64,000 nucleotides of DNA from Planctomycetota bacterium (GTDB lineage: Bacteria > Planctomycetota > GCA-002687715 > CAIWVZ01), in assembly GCA_044222185.1 (NCBI GenBank), contig JBGANV010000002.1, positions 224,001 through 288,000 on the forward strand, read 5' to 3'. The first letter of the stretch is position 1; the number at the start of each line of letters is the position of its first letter. Shown piece by piece: positions 48,684 to 58,137 of this stretch. A model generated the notes under the pieces. The model saw only the letters and a program-made list of their open reading frames with translations, did not search any database and had not been told where the DNA came from. The position numbers and the translations under genes are program-made.

Positions 48684-49913
48684 TCACATCCCCGATGAGC
48701 CAGTTCGATCGGCGTTCGTGTCGGAACCGGCGGCTGATTCCCGCACGAGTTGATAGGCGTCGCGGAACGGCAGGCCCTTTTCCACGACGAGGCGATAGGC
48801 CTTCTCGGCGGCATGAAGCGAGGGATCGATGGCCGCGCGCGTCTTCTCCGGAACGAACGAAATGCCCGCGACGGCATGGGCGAGGAGGCGCGCCGTGTCG
48901 CGAACGGCGTCGAGTCCACGGAACAGCGGCGCTTTGATCAGCTGGTAGTCGCGGTGGTAGCCAGACGTCATCTTCGTGGTGATCTGCATCACCTCGAACA
49001 AGGCCGTGACGGCGACGGCCGTACGTCCTCGGGCCAGTTCGAAGAGATCCGGGTTGCGCTTCTGGGGAAGCATCGACGACCCGGTCGTGAAAGCGTGCGG
49101 GAGCTTCACGAACCCGAACTCGGACGTGTTGAACAAACAGAGGTCCGCCGAAAGACGTCCCAGGTCCTGGCCCAACAGGGCGGCTTCGAACAATGCGGAC
49201 GCCTCCGCCTTCCCACGGGACAGCTGCACGGCCGTGACGGGCTCGTGAACCTCGGCGAACCCGAGCGTGCGAGCGGTCATCTGGCGGTCGAGGGTCAGCA
49301 CGGGAACGCCGTAACCCGCCGCCGATCCCAGCGGGTTCTTGTCGGCGCGGCGTGCGGCGAGCGCCAGCCCGGCCGCATCGTCCCGGATCTCCGACGCGAA
49401 ACCCCCGGCCCACAGTGCGACCGTCGACGGCATGGCGCGCTGCATGTGCGTGTATCCAGGCAGCGCCACGGCCCCCTGCCGCACGACCAGTCCGTCCAGC
49501 GCTGCGGCGACGTCGTTCGCCTCGCGGGCGAGCTCCGCGAGCGCCGCCTTCAGGAACAGGCGCACGGCCGCAAGGACCTGGTCGTTCCGCGATCGACCGA
49601 GGTGGATGCGGCGACCAGCTTCGCCGACCGCGGCGACGAGCCGATTCTCGAGCGCCGTGTGGCAGTCCTCGTCGGAAAGCGTGACGTGCCACTCGCCGCG
49701 TGCGTGCGATGCGGCGATGTCCGCGAGTGCACGGCTCAGTTTCTCGAGGTCCTCCGCGCTCAAGTACCCGGCCGCATTCAGCATGTCCGCGTGCGCGGCC
49801 GAAGCCTCGGCATCGAACGACACCAGTCGCTCATCGAGAACGTGATCCTCGCCCGCGGTGTACCGCAGGACGAGATCGTCGAGAGCCTCACCGCGATCCC
49901 AGAGCCGCGTCAT
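48684..49913 (-). CDS. argH: Argininosuccinate lyase
   Basis: EDCHTALE, IHLGRSRNDQV, PGYTHMQRAMP, TGSSMLPQKRNPD, GYHRD. Start set at MTRLWDRG. Confidence 0.95.
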   Translation of the reverse strand: MTRLWDRGEALDDLVLRYTAGEDHVLDERLVSFDAEASAAHADMLNAAGYLSAEDLEKLSRALADIAASHARGEWHVTLSDEDCHTALENRLVAAVGEAGRRIHLGRSRNDQVLAAVRLFLKAALAELAREANDVAAALDGLVVRQGAVALPGYTHMQRAMPSTVALWAGGFASEIRDDAAGLALAARRADKNPLGSAAGYGVPVLTLDRQMTARTLGFAEVHEPVTAVQLSRGKAEASALFEAALLGQDLGRLSADLCLFNTSEFGFVKLPHAFTTGSSMLPQKRNPDLFELARGRTAVAVTALFEVMQITTKMTSGYHRDYQLIKAPLFRGLDAVRDTARLLAHAVAGISFVPEKTRAAIDPSLHAAEKAYRLVVEKGLPFRDAYQLVRESAAGSDTNADRTGSSGM

Positions 49914-50994
49914 CGCTTCGCTCCTGTCTCGCGAACTCGAGCGCGAGATGTTCATAGAAATGCGCACCCTCGATGATCTCCGATTCGAGGACGAATTCGT
50001 CGGGCGTGTGCGAACGCTCCGTCCTTCCCGGTCCGACCTTGATCGTGGGGATGCCTCGGAAGAACACCATGTCCGACAGCGTCCGCGATCCGAAAGTCTC
50101 GGATTCGGGGCGCGCGCGCCGCGCTGCCTGCACGAGGGGATGATCGGGACGGATCTCGCACGGCTTCAGCCGATCGGAGATCACGCGCACCTCCGCCGAA
50201 GTCGCCTGGCGCAGCCGTTGCACGAGAACCTCGTGCCCGGGCTCGGGATTGGTGCGGACGTCGAACACGCACGTGGCCTCGGCCGGGACCGTGTTGCGAG
50301 CCGATCCCGCGGCGAGGACCGTCGGCTCCGCCGTGACGTCACCGAGCATCTCGTGCGCCGAGCCCCAGTCGACGTCGTGGGTGCCGACGATGTCCGCGGC
50401 GAGGCGGCGGATCGGATTCTCGATCCCCAGCGTGCGCGCATTCGCGGCGTGACAGGCCTTCCCCGACCGCTTCAGCTCGACGATCAGGAGGCCCTTCTGC
50501 GCCACGGCGACGTCGAGCGCCGTCGGCTCTCCCACGACGGCCGCCGCCGGCGCGAGACCGCGATTGCGCAGCTCCGGCACGAGCATTTCGGCGCCCTTTC
50601 CCCCGGTCTCCTCCTCGCACGTCAACGCGAGCATCAACCGCACGTCGAGCGAGGCCTGGCGTTGCTGCAGTCGCAGGAACGCGGCGGTCATGGCGGCGAC
50701 CGAGGCCTTCGCGTCGTTGCTCCCCAGCCCGAAGACCTTGCCGTCTTCGGCGCGGACGTCGTAGGGATCACGTGTCCATGCGGGGGTCGGCGGCACGGTA
50801 TCGAGGTGACTGTTCATGCAGAGGATCGGCCCGCGGCCGATCATGGCGAAGACGTTGTCACCGACCCGGTGAACGTCGACCCCGCGCTCGCCGAGCCATC
50901 CCTGCACGAAATCGCAGATCGCGCGCTCCTGGTGAGAGACCGAGGGCGTCCTCACCAGCGCTCGATGGAATGCCAGAAGCTCCGCGTCGTTCAT
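49888..50994 (-). CDS. argE: M20 deacylase (N-acylornithine/N-acylcitrulline deacylase)
   Basis: NSHLDTV, GLGSNDAKAS, EEETGG, VGEPT and GPGRTERSHTPDE, located inside the arg operon. Confidence 0.88.
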   Translation of the reverse strand: MNDAELLAFHRALVRTPSVSHQERAICDFVQGWLGERGVDVHRVGDNVFAMIGRGPILCMNSHLDTVPPTPAWTRDPYDVRAEDGKVFGLGSNDAKASVAAMTAAFLRLQQRQASLDVRLMLALTCEEETGGKGAEMLVPELRNRGLAPAAAVVGEPTALDVAVAQKGLLIVELKRSGKACHAANARTLGIENPIRRLAADIVGTHDVDWGSAHEMLGDVTAEPTVLAAGSARNTVPAEATCVFDVRTNPEPGHEVLVQRLRQATSAEVRVISDRLKPCEIRPDHPLVQAARRARPESETFGSRTLSDMVFFRGIPTIKVGPGRTERSHTPDEFVLESEIIEGAHFYEHLALEFARQERSDDAALGSR

Positions 50995-51968
50995 CCCCGC
51001 GTGCTTTCGGCGGATTTCAGGATCGCTTCCACGCGACCGTTACCCGTCTGCTCGGCCGGAAGCAGGTCACGCATCTCCATGACGATGAGCGTCCCCGCGC
51101 CTTCGTTCGTGAAGATCTCGACGAGAAGACTGTCCGGACCACCTCCGATCACGTGAACCCGCTTCACACCGCCGTAGAGCGCCTCCTTCGCCGCGTTCGC
51201 CTTGGGAAGCATGCCCGCGTCGAGCGCGCCGCGCTCGAGCAGCGTGTTCAACCCACGCACGTCCGTGTACGAGATCAGCGAGGAGGGATCGTTCTTGTCC
51301 TCGAGGATGCCGGGGGCCTCCTGGAGGAACACGAGTTTCTCGGCGCCCATCTCCCGGGCAAGCGTGGCTGCAACCGTGTCGGCGTTGACGTTCAGGATGT
51401 TGCCCTGGTCGTCGGCGGTGAGCGGGCTCACGACGGGCACGTACCCCGCGTCGAGCAGGCGCGTCAGCACGGACGCATCCACGGTGACGATGTCGCCCAC
51501 GTGACCGAAGTCGACGGTCGTGCGAACCTCGCCTGCGATCTTCACGCGCGGCGGGCGGCGGCGGGCGCGGATCAGCCCTGCATCGACTCCCGAGACTCCG
51601 ACGGTGGGCAGTCCCGCCGCGCGCGCCGCCGCGAGGATCGCCGTGTTGATGGCGCCGTTCATGGTCATGACGGCGACTTCGAGCGTCTTCTCGTCCGTCA
51701 CGCGCCGGCCGTCGACGAACAGGGTCTCGATGCCGAGCTTGGATGAGAGCGCGGTCGTCTGCGGCCCACCACCGTGGACGATGACGATGCGGACGCCGAG
51801 TTCTCGCAGGATGCTGACCTGCTCGGCGATGCTGCGCAGCCCGGCTGCGTCTCCACAAACGGCGCCGCCCATCTTCACGACGAACGTGCGGCCCTTGTAC
51901 AGGCGGATGTAGGGCAGTGCGCGCTTCAGCGCGTCCATCGTGGCGTTGCGATCATGAACCGAACTCAT
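50991..51968 (-). CDS. argB: N-acylglutamate kinase
   Basis: ALPYIRLYKGRTFVVKMGG, IVHGGGPQ, GRRVTD, NVNADTVA, GMLPK and EIFTNEGAGT. AAAGGA RBS before ATG 51968. Confidence 0.95.
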   Translation of the reverse strand: MSSVHDRNATMDALKRALPYIRLYKGRTFVVKMGGAVCGDAAGLRSIAEQVSILRELGVRIVIVHGGGPQTTALSSKLGIETLFVDGRRVTDEKTLEVAVMTMNGAINTAILAAARAAGLPTVGVSGVDAGLIRARRRPPRVKIAGEVRTTVDFGHVGDIVTVDASVLTRLLDAGYVPVVSPLTADDQGNILNVNADTVAATLAREMGAEKLVFLQEAPGILEDKNDPSSLISYTDVRGLNTLLERGALDAGMLPKANAAKEALYGGVKRVHVIGGGPDSLLVEIFTNEGAGTLIVMEMRDLLPAEQTGNGRVEAILKSAESTRG

Positions 51969-52058
51969 GGGTGTTCCTTTCCGCGGCCCCGAACAGGGGC
52001 ACCTGAATCTGTGCTTCGAGCGAACCAACGGCTTCCATCGCGCGCACCGGGCTGGGGG

Positions 52059-53075
52059 TCACGTGCTCCACTCCGGACGCGTCAGCATTTCATGAAGAAG
52101 GGCCTTCTGCGCATGCAGGCGGTTGCCCGCCTGCCGCACGACGATGCTTCGCGGCCCATCGAGAACCTGATCCGTCACCTTCACGTTGCGTCGAACGGGG
52201 AGGCAGTGCATGAACTTCGCGCCCGGCGCCGACTCGGCGAACCACGGCTCGTCGACGCACCAGCCCTTGAGCGGGGCGCGAAGGGCCGCCTCCTCCGCGT
52301 TCTGGCCGTAGCGCGACGGCGCCGTCCACGACTTGGTGTAGAGGACGTGCGCGCCCCGCATCGCGGCGCGGCGGTCGTCGGTCTCCTGCACCGAACCGCC
52401 GGAGGCGAGCGCGAGCGCACGGGCGTCGGCCATCACCTCATCCGGAAGGGCGAAGCCCTCGGGACGAAGCACCGTGACGTTCATTCCGCGCCGCGCCGCC
52501 ATGCGCACCGTCGACGACGCGACGGCGAGGGGCAGCTGCTTGGGATGCCACGCCCACGACAGCACGAACTTCCCGCCCTGCGCCGGAATCCCAACGTCGT
52601 CCAGGGTCTTCCAGTCGGCGAGCGACTGGCACGGATGCGTGATGGCGGATTCGAGGTTGATGAACGGGCGGGGTGAGAGCTCGGCCATGGCGTGGATCAC
52701 GGGATCGGCCAGATCCTCCGCCAGATCCTTGCCGCGGGCGAAGCACCGCGCCGCGAGGACGTCGCAGTACTGCGACAGAACGGGTACGGCCTCGCGGATG
52801 TGCTCCGCGGCGTCGCCGTCCATCACGACGCCACGACGCGTCTCGAGCTGCCAGGACCCCTGGCCCGGTGTGATCACGAACGACCCGCCGCCGAGCTGGA
52901 CGATCGCCGCCTGCATGGAGGCGAGCGTGCGCAGCGACGGATTCATGAACAGGAGTCCGACGACGCGATTGCGCCCGACGTCGCTGCGAGGCGCGCGCTC
53001 GAGCGCCTGCGCGCGTGCAAGCACCGCCGCCAGCTCATCCCGATCGAGATCCGATAGATCGATGAACTTCTTCAC
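52059..53075 (-). CDS. argF: N-acyl-L-ornithine carbamoyltransferase (ArgF' family: AOTCase/SOTCase)
   Basis: FMNPSLRT, MDGDAAEH, INLESAITHPCQ, SWAWHPKQLP and HCLPVRRN. These are signature insertions of ArgF', not canonical OTCase. Confidence 0.92.
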   Translation of the reverse strand: MKKFIDLSDLDRDELAAVLARAQALERAPRSDVGRNRVVGLLFMNPSLRTLASMQAAIVQLGGGSFVITPGQGSWQLETRRGVVMDGDAAEHIREAVPVLSQYCDVLAARCFARGKDLAEDLADPVIHAMAELSPRPFINLESAITHPCQSLADWKTLDDVGIPAQGGKFVLSWAWHPKQLPLAVASSTVRMAARRGMNVTVLRPEGFALPDEVMADARALALASGGSVQETDDRRAAMRGAHVLYTKSWTAPSRYGQNAEEAALRAPLKGWCVDEPWFAESAPGAKFMHCLPVRRNVKVTDQVLDGPRSIVVRQAGNRLHAQKALLHEMLTRPEWST

Positions 53076-54241
53076 GCCGGGATTTCCTTCAACGCCGCGA
53101 GCAAGCGATCGACGTGATCGTCCTCGAGGATCAACGGGGGGAGCAGACGCACGATGTTCGGGTCGTTGGCACCGCCGGCGAGGATGCCGCGCTTGCGCAG
53201 CTCGCCGAGTATCTCCTTGGCCGGCCGCTTCGTGCGCAGACCGAGCAGATAGCCCATGCCCTGCGTCGCGACGACGGGACCACCGATCGACTCGGAGAGG
53301 ATCCGCTTCGAGAGGCGACGCACCCGAGGCAGGAGCTGCTCCTCATCGATCGTGCGCAGCACGACGTCGACGAGCGCGCACGCCAGGGGCCCACCGCCGA
53401 ACGTCGTGCCGAGGTCGCCCTTCTTGACGATCGACGCGAGCGCATCGCCGAGCATCACGGCTGCCACCGGGAACCCGCCCGCGAGCCCCTTGGCGGTCGC
53501 GAGGATGTCCGGCGTGACGCCGTACCCTTGCGCCGCGAACGGGTACCCGCTTCGTCCGACTCCGCACTGCACCTCGTCGAAGATCAGGACCGCGCCGCGC
53601 TGGCGCGTGATTTCACGTGAGGCGTGCACGAATTCCTGGGAGAGCGAACGAGCGCCGGCGAGGCCCTGCACGGGCTCGAAGATCACGGCCGCCACGTCGT
53701 CGCCCACCGCCTCGTCGAGACCATGAACGTCGTCGAGGTCGACCGTCGTCGTCGCGAACGGCTTGTTCGGGAAGGCGTACCAGGCCTGGTTGCCATCCGT
53801 GATCGCCGCGGCGGCGGCCGTCCGTCCGTGGAATGCACCCTTCAACGCGACGACGCGCGGGCGCTTCGTCGCCAGGAACGCGACGCGAAGCGCGTTCTCG
53901 ATGGCCTCGGCGCCGGAATTCACGAAGAAGACCTTGGAGAATCCCGCCGGTCCGAAATTGATGAGCGCCGTCGCGGCCTTCTGGCGTACGGCGAGGTCGA
54001 CGGCGTTGGTCTGGAAGAACAACCTCCGGGCCTGCGCATCGAGCGTCGCGCAGAGCTTCGGATGGTCGTATCCCAGAAGCGCCACGGCGTGACCTCCATA
54101 GAAGTCCAGGTAGCGGCGCCCGTCGCGGGCCGTGATCCACACACCCTCGCCGCTGACGGGTTCCACGTCGATCTGGTGGAAGACGTCCAGCAGCGCCGAT
54201 GCCTTCGCGGGTTCCTTCTCCATTTGCGTTCCTGTCGTCAT
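53072..54241 (-). CDS. argD: N-acylornithine aminotransferase (class III PLP)
   Basis: YLDFYGGHAV, NSGAEAIENA, FHGRT, EPVQG, DEVQCGVGRSG, TAKGLAGGFP and GTTFGGGP. Confidence 0.93.
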   Translation of the reverse strand: MTTGTQMEKEPAKASALLDVFHQIDVEPVSGEGVWITARDGRRYLDFYGGHAVALLGYDHPKLCATLDAQARRLFFQTNAVDLAVRQKAATALINFGPAGFSKVFFVNSGAEAIENALRVAFLATKRPRVVALKGAFHGRTAAAAAITDGNQAWYAFPNKPFATTTVDLDDVHGLDEAVGDDVAAVIFEPVQGLAGARSLSQEFVHASREITRQRGAVLIFDEVQCGVGRSGYPFAAQGYGVTPDILATAKGLAGGFPVAAVMLGDALASIVKKGDLGTTFGGGPLACALVDVVLRTIDEEQLLPRVRRLSKRILSESIGGPVVATQGMGYLLGLRTKRPAKEILGELRKRGILAGGANDPNIVRLLPPLILEDDHVDRLLAALKEIPA

Positions 54242-54248
54242 GTCTCTC

Positions 54249-55325
54249 TCAAGCCCAACCGAGGCCGGGCAGTTTCAAACCGCACGAGTCGTCCAGGTCG
54301 AACAGCCTGTTCATCCACTGCACTCCGCCACCAGCCGCGCCCTTCGTCAGGTTGTCCACGACGGACGTGACGACGAGCGTTCGACCCCTCGTCGCGACAC
54401 CGATGCGAACGCGATTGGTACCGACGACCTCCGTGAGCTTGGGCGCAATCGTGCTGGCGCGGACGAAGCCCTCGCCATAGAACGCGTTGACCGCCGACGC
54501 GAGGTCCTTCGCATTCGCATCGCGCTTCAGCGTCATCCTGAGCGTCGCGTGGATGCCGCGCACGAAGGGGCCGGAGTGCGGCACGAACTGCACGTCCGGC
54601 TCCGCACCGGGACGCGCCGCGCCGATCAGCATGCGCATCTCGGCTTCGTGCCGGTGCCCGAGCGGGTTGTACGCGTACAGGTTCCCGCTGCGCTCCGGGT
54701 GATGGGTGTTCTGCGCCGGCGTGCGGCCACTTCCGGAGCTTCCCGTCACGGCGGCCACGAAGACGTCGGCCTCGACGAGGTCTGCGGCGAAGAACGGAAA
54801 GGCCGCGACGGTCACCGCCGTGGTGAAGCAGCCGGGCTGCGTCGCGTGTGCCGGCGGTCTCCCGCGGAAGTGCTCGGGCACGGCGCAGACGAACTGAGGC
54901 AGTCGCCCCGGGGCCTCGTGCTCGTGGGCGTAGATGGCCGCATACCGCGCGGGATCTCGGAAGCGGAAGTCCGCGGACAGATCCACGGCCTTCGCGTCCG
55001 CTCGCGCCGCTTCGGCTGCGGACAACACACGGTCGGCGAGCGACGCCGTGGCGCCGTGCGGCGTGGCGAAGAACAGTCCCACGGGCCTGCCCGAATGGAA
55101 CAGGGACGCGTGCTCGTCCTGCGACCGGAACGTCAGCCCGTCGACGGTCGTGCCGGCGAGATGGGGAAACGACGCCGTCACGGATTCGCCGCCCTGGGAT
55201 GTCGAGAACACGGCCGCGACACGGAAGCGCGGATGCAGCGAGAGGATCCGCAGCAGCTCGCCGGCCACGTAGCCCTGTCCACCGAACACGGCGACGTCGA
55301 TGAGTTCGCGGTCAGGCGCCGTCAC
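54249..55325 (-). CDS. argC: N-acyl-gamma-glutamyl-phosphate reductase
   Basis: GGQGYVAGELLRIL, DLSADFR, catalytic PGCFTTA, TGSSGSG, HRHEAE and DNLTKGAAG. Confidence 0.95.
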   Translation of the reverse strand: MTAPDRELIDVAVFGGQGYVAGELLRILSLHPRFRVAAVFSTSQGGESVTASFPHLAGTTVDGLTFRSQDEHASLFHSGRPVGLFFATPHGATASLADRVLSAAEAARADAKAVDLSADFRFRDPARYAAIYAHEHEAPGRLPQFVCAVPEHFRGRPPAHATQPGCFTTAVTVAAFPFFAADLVEADVFVAAVTGSSGSGRTPAQNTHHPERSGNLYAYNPLGHRHEAEMRMLIGAARPGAEPDVQFVPHSGPFVRGIHATLRMTLKRDANAKDLASAVNAFYGEGFVRASTIAPKLTEVVGTNRVRIGVATRGRTLVVTSVVDNLTKGAAGGGVQWMNRLFDLDDSCGLKLPGLGWA

Positions 55326-56406
55326 CCGAGCCTCCCAGGTTCTGGACCGAAGCCACCGACTTCATGGCCGACGTGCCGAGCACGACGGTGACGAGGCCGG
55401 GCGCATCCGACCGAGCGTTGTGAGCGGGCGTAGACGTTTCGCGTTCGACGAGCTTGGTGCCCGCGCTGTTGTCCGTCGCTGGACCGGTGACGACGGTCGT
55501 TTGGAGATCGTGGCGCTCGCGGAGCAGCCGCACGCCGCCCCACGCCGCCACCGGGTCGTTCGCCGCGAGCACGACGGCGCTGAACGTCTTGCGAACGGGC
55601 ACGTCGTCGAGAATGGCGTCGACTCCGTAGAGCCCCAGAAGTCCGTCACCCAGCTCGAGGACGATGACGTCCGGGCGCTCCGCGGCGAGCTTCGTGAGCA
55701 GCGTGCGCGCGGCACGGGGCGCGGACTCGGCGGTCGTCGTGACGATGCCGAGATCGGTGAAGATCATGGTGCGACGGGCGCCCGCATCCTCCATCGCCAG
55801 GATGTCACGACGAAGCGACACGCCCGTGGTCTTGCCCGCGGCGACGCGGAATCCGCGATGCGTGAGCTCCTGAACGAGCGCGCACGCCGCGGCCGTCTTG
55901 CCGGCGTTCATGCACGACCCGACGACGGCGATCACGGGAATGCCCTGGACGTCCAGGCGATCTTCGAGGTGAATGGCGCCCTGTGTGATGTGCGCCGGCA
56001 CTCCGATGCGCTCGCCGAGGTAGGGGAAATGGAGAACCTGCCCCAGCACCTCGCAGACGAAGGGCTGGCCGAGATCGGGGTTGACGCTGTCGCAGATCCC
56101 GATGACGCCGCCGAGGTTCAGGATGTTCACCTTGTCGCCCGGCTTCAGCGATTCGGGAAGGTGACCCGAATAGCCGAAAAGCGCCTTGCGGTGTCCCAAC
56201 GCGCCGGCGACGACGTCGCCCGGTTTGATCTGCGAGAAGCGGCCCGACGGCAGCTCGAGCTGGTTGTAGGTGCTCTTCGACGTCAACACGCGAATGGCGA
56301 CGACGCTCCCTTCCGTGCACGTGATGTCCGCGGAGACGCGGACTTCGCGCGACAGCTTGCAGTTCATCGTCACCGAACCGATCTTGTCGATCAGGATCGT
56401 CTTCAC
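55312..56406 (-). CDS. DUF1611/DgcN-related P-loop protein; candidate non-canonical N-acylglutamate synthase
   Basis: The GTG start overlaps the argG stop (GTGA) and the 3' end overlaps argC. Motifs VVGSCMNAGKT, AGKTTG and IVLELGDGLLG resemble DUF1611-type P-loop proteins. The function is inferred from context. Confidence 0.75.
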   Translation of the reverse strand: MKTILIDKIGSVTMNCKLSREVRVSADITCTEGSVVAIRVLTSKSTYNQLELPSGRFSQIKPGDVVAGALGHRKALFGYSGHLPESLKPGDKVNILNLGGVIGICDSVNPDLGQPFVCEVLGQVLHFPYLGERIGVPAHITQGAIHLEDRLDVQGIPVIAVVGSCMNAGKTAAACALVQELTHRGFRVAAGKTTGVSLRRDILAMEDAGARRTMIFTDLGIVTTTAESAPRAARTLLTKLAAERPDVIVLELGDGLLGLYGVDAILDDVPVRKTFSAVVLAANDPVAAWGGVRLLRERHDLQTTVVTGPATDNSAGTKLVERETSTPAHNARSDAPGLVTVVLGTSAMKSVASVQNLGGSGDGA

Positions 56407-57608
56407 GCCTGCGCTCCCTTCGCCCGTTGATGCAACATCCCGGGCAGCGCCAGAAGCCGCGAGAACCCGCGGGCATCGCTGGCCGTCCATTCACCCGTCG
56501 CCTCGCCGTACACGCCGCGGGATGCGGCCTTGAGCGAGTGGGGCGACGCCACTCCCTCCACGAAGCACGAGCCGGTGCGCAGACGGAACGTCACGGTGCC
56601 CGTCACGCGCTCCTGCGAACGAATGAACAGCGCTTCGGCATCGCGGCAGGCGGGTTCGAGGAATTGCCCTTCGTGGATCCAATCGCCGTAGATGGCGGCG
56701 ACCGTGTCCTTCAAACGCTGCTGGCGGCCGGTGAGCGTGAGTTTCTCCAGCTCGCGGTGCGTTTGGATGAGGATCGACGCGGCGGGCGCCTCGAACGCCA
56801 CACGGCCCTTGAGGCCGAAGATCGTGTCACCCAGGTGGATCCCGCGGCCGACGCCGAACGGCGCCGCGAGCGCGTCCAGTCGTTCCACGAGCGGAACGGC
56901 GCTCAATCGCGTGCCGTCGACCGCCATGGGAACGCCGGCGTCGAAGGAGACGGTGTGCACCTCCGATGCACGCGGCCGATCGAAGGCGCCGCGCGTCAGC
57001 ACCCACGCATCCTCGGGGAGCGTGGCGATGGTGTCCGTCGTCTCCTTCCCGCCGATCGTGCAGCCCCACAATCCGCGGTTGACCGAGTACGCGGCCTTCT
57101 CGGCGTTCACGGGATAGCCGTGGGATTGGAGGAACTTCACCTCCTGCTCCCGTGACAGGCCCAGGTCGCGAATGGGCGCGATGATGTCGAGTTCCGGAGC
57201 GAGTGTCCGCAATGCGACCTCGAACCGGACCTGGTCGTTGCCCGCCGCGGTGCATCCGTGCGCGATGGCTTTCGCGCCGAGCTGTCGCGCGACGTCAGCG
57301 ACGACCCGGGCCTGGAGTCCGCGCTCGGCGCCGACGCACAGCGGATACATGTTGCCCCGCAGCACGTTGCCCATGACGAGAAACCGGAGCGTTTCGTTGA
57401 AGAACGACTCGCGTCCATCCACGAGGATGTGTTTCTTCGCACCGAGCGCATTCGACTTGCGCTCGAGTTCGCGGCGCGCGTCGTCATCGAGGCCGCCCGT
57501 GTCCACGGTGACGGTGATGACGTCCGTGCTGTATTGCTCCTTCAGCCAGGGCACGCAGTACGACGTGTCGAGCCCGCCGCTGAAGGCGAGGACGATCGGA
57601 TCACTCAT
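56403..57608 (-). CDS. argG: Argininosuccinate synthase (Bacteroidota-like type)
   Basis: VLAFSGGLDTS, YPLCVGAER, HGCTAAGNDQVRF, YSVNRGLWG and GDTIFGLKGRVAFEAP. Confidence 0.96.
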   Translation of the reverse strand: MSDPIVLAFSGGLDTSYCVPWLKEQYSTDVITVTVDTGGLDDDARRELERKSNALGAKKHILVDGRESFFNETLRFLVMGNVLRGNMYPLCVGAERGLQARVVADVARQLGAKAIAHGCTAAGNDQVRFEVALRTLAPELDIIAPIRDLGLSREQEVKFLQSHGYPVNAEKAAYSVNRGLWGCTIGGKETTDTIATLPEDAWVLTRGAFDRPRASEVHTVSFDAGVPMAVDGTRLSAVPLVERLDALAAPFGVGRGIHLGDTIFGLKGRVAFEAPAASILIQTHRELEKLTLTGRQQRLKDTVAAIYGDWIHEGQFLEPACRDAEALFIRSQERVTGTVTFRLRTGSCFVEGVASPHSLKAASRGVYGEATGEWTASDARGFSRLLALPGMLHQRAKGAQA

Positions 57609-58074
57609 CGGTTCTCTTCTCCATCCACTGCTGGAGCCGCGCGTGCACGATGGCCTGATCGCGTCGGCTCTGAGTGGCAACGAACAACGTGTCGTCGCCG
57701 GCGACCGTGCCGACGACCTCGCTCCAACGTGCGTTGTCGACCGCGAGGCCGACGGCGGAGGCGCCTCCCGGCGTCGTCTGGACGACGAGGAGATGCGGAC
57801 CCGCAACCTTCACGGCGACGACGTGGCCGAAGACATCGGCTCCGTCCGTCGTCGCGGGCGGTGTCAGCCCGAGCTGATCGGGCAGGATGTAATGGCCGTC
57901 CACCTTCGCGACGCGCATCTCGCGAAGATCGCGTGAAACGCTCGACTGGGTGGCCGAGAGGCCCAGCTGTCGCAGACGCGCCAGCAGCTCCGTCTGGTTC
58001 GCGATGGATTCATCACGAAGCAGCGTGCGGATTGCAGCTTGTCGCTCTTGCCAGATCTCGGCCTTGACGGGCAT
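57601..58074 (-). CDS. argR: Arginine repressor
   Basis: RQAAIRTLL...NQTELLARL...ATQSSVSRDLREM and arginine-binding GTVAGDDTLFV. Confidence 0.96.
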   Translation of the reverse strand: MPVKAEIWQERQAAIRTLLRDESIANQTELLARLRQLGLSATQSSVSRDLREMRVAKVDGHYILPDQLGLTPPATTDGADVFGHVVAVKVAGPHLLVVQTTPGGASAVGLAVDNARWSEVVGTVAGDDTLFVATQSRRDQAIVHARLQQWMEKRTDE

Positions 58075-58137
58075 GGCGCACCCTGGCCCAAACAGCCGCG
58101 GCCCGCAGGACCGTCCCGCGGGCCGTGCTGAAACATG

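Noticed and set aside
52059-53075. Canonical ornithine carbamoyltransferase
   Set aside because: It lacks the STRT and DxxxSMG motifs and has ArgF'-specific insertions (MDGD..EH, HPK.LP, HCLP.RRN).
55312-56406. Dethiobiotin synthase, MobB or other standard P-loop NTPase
   Set aside because: Only the GKT and ExxG-like motifs resemble these families. The ~150-aa N-terminal domain and arg-operon coupling fit a DUF1611-like protein better.
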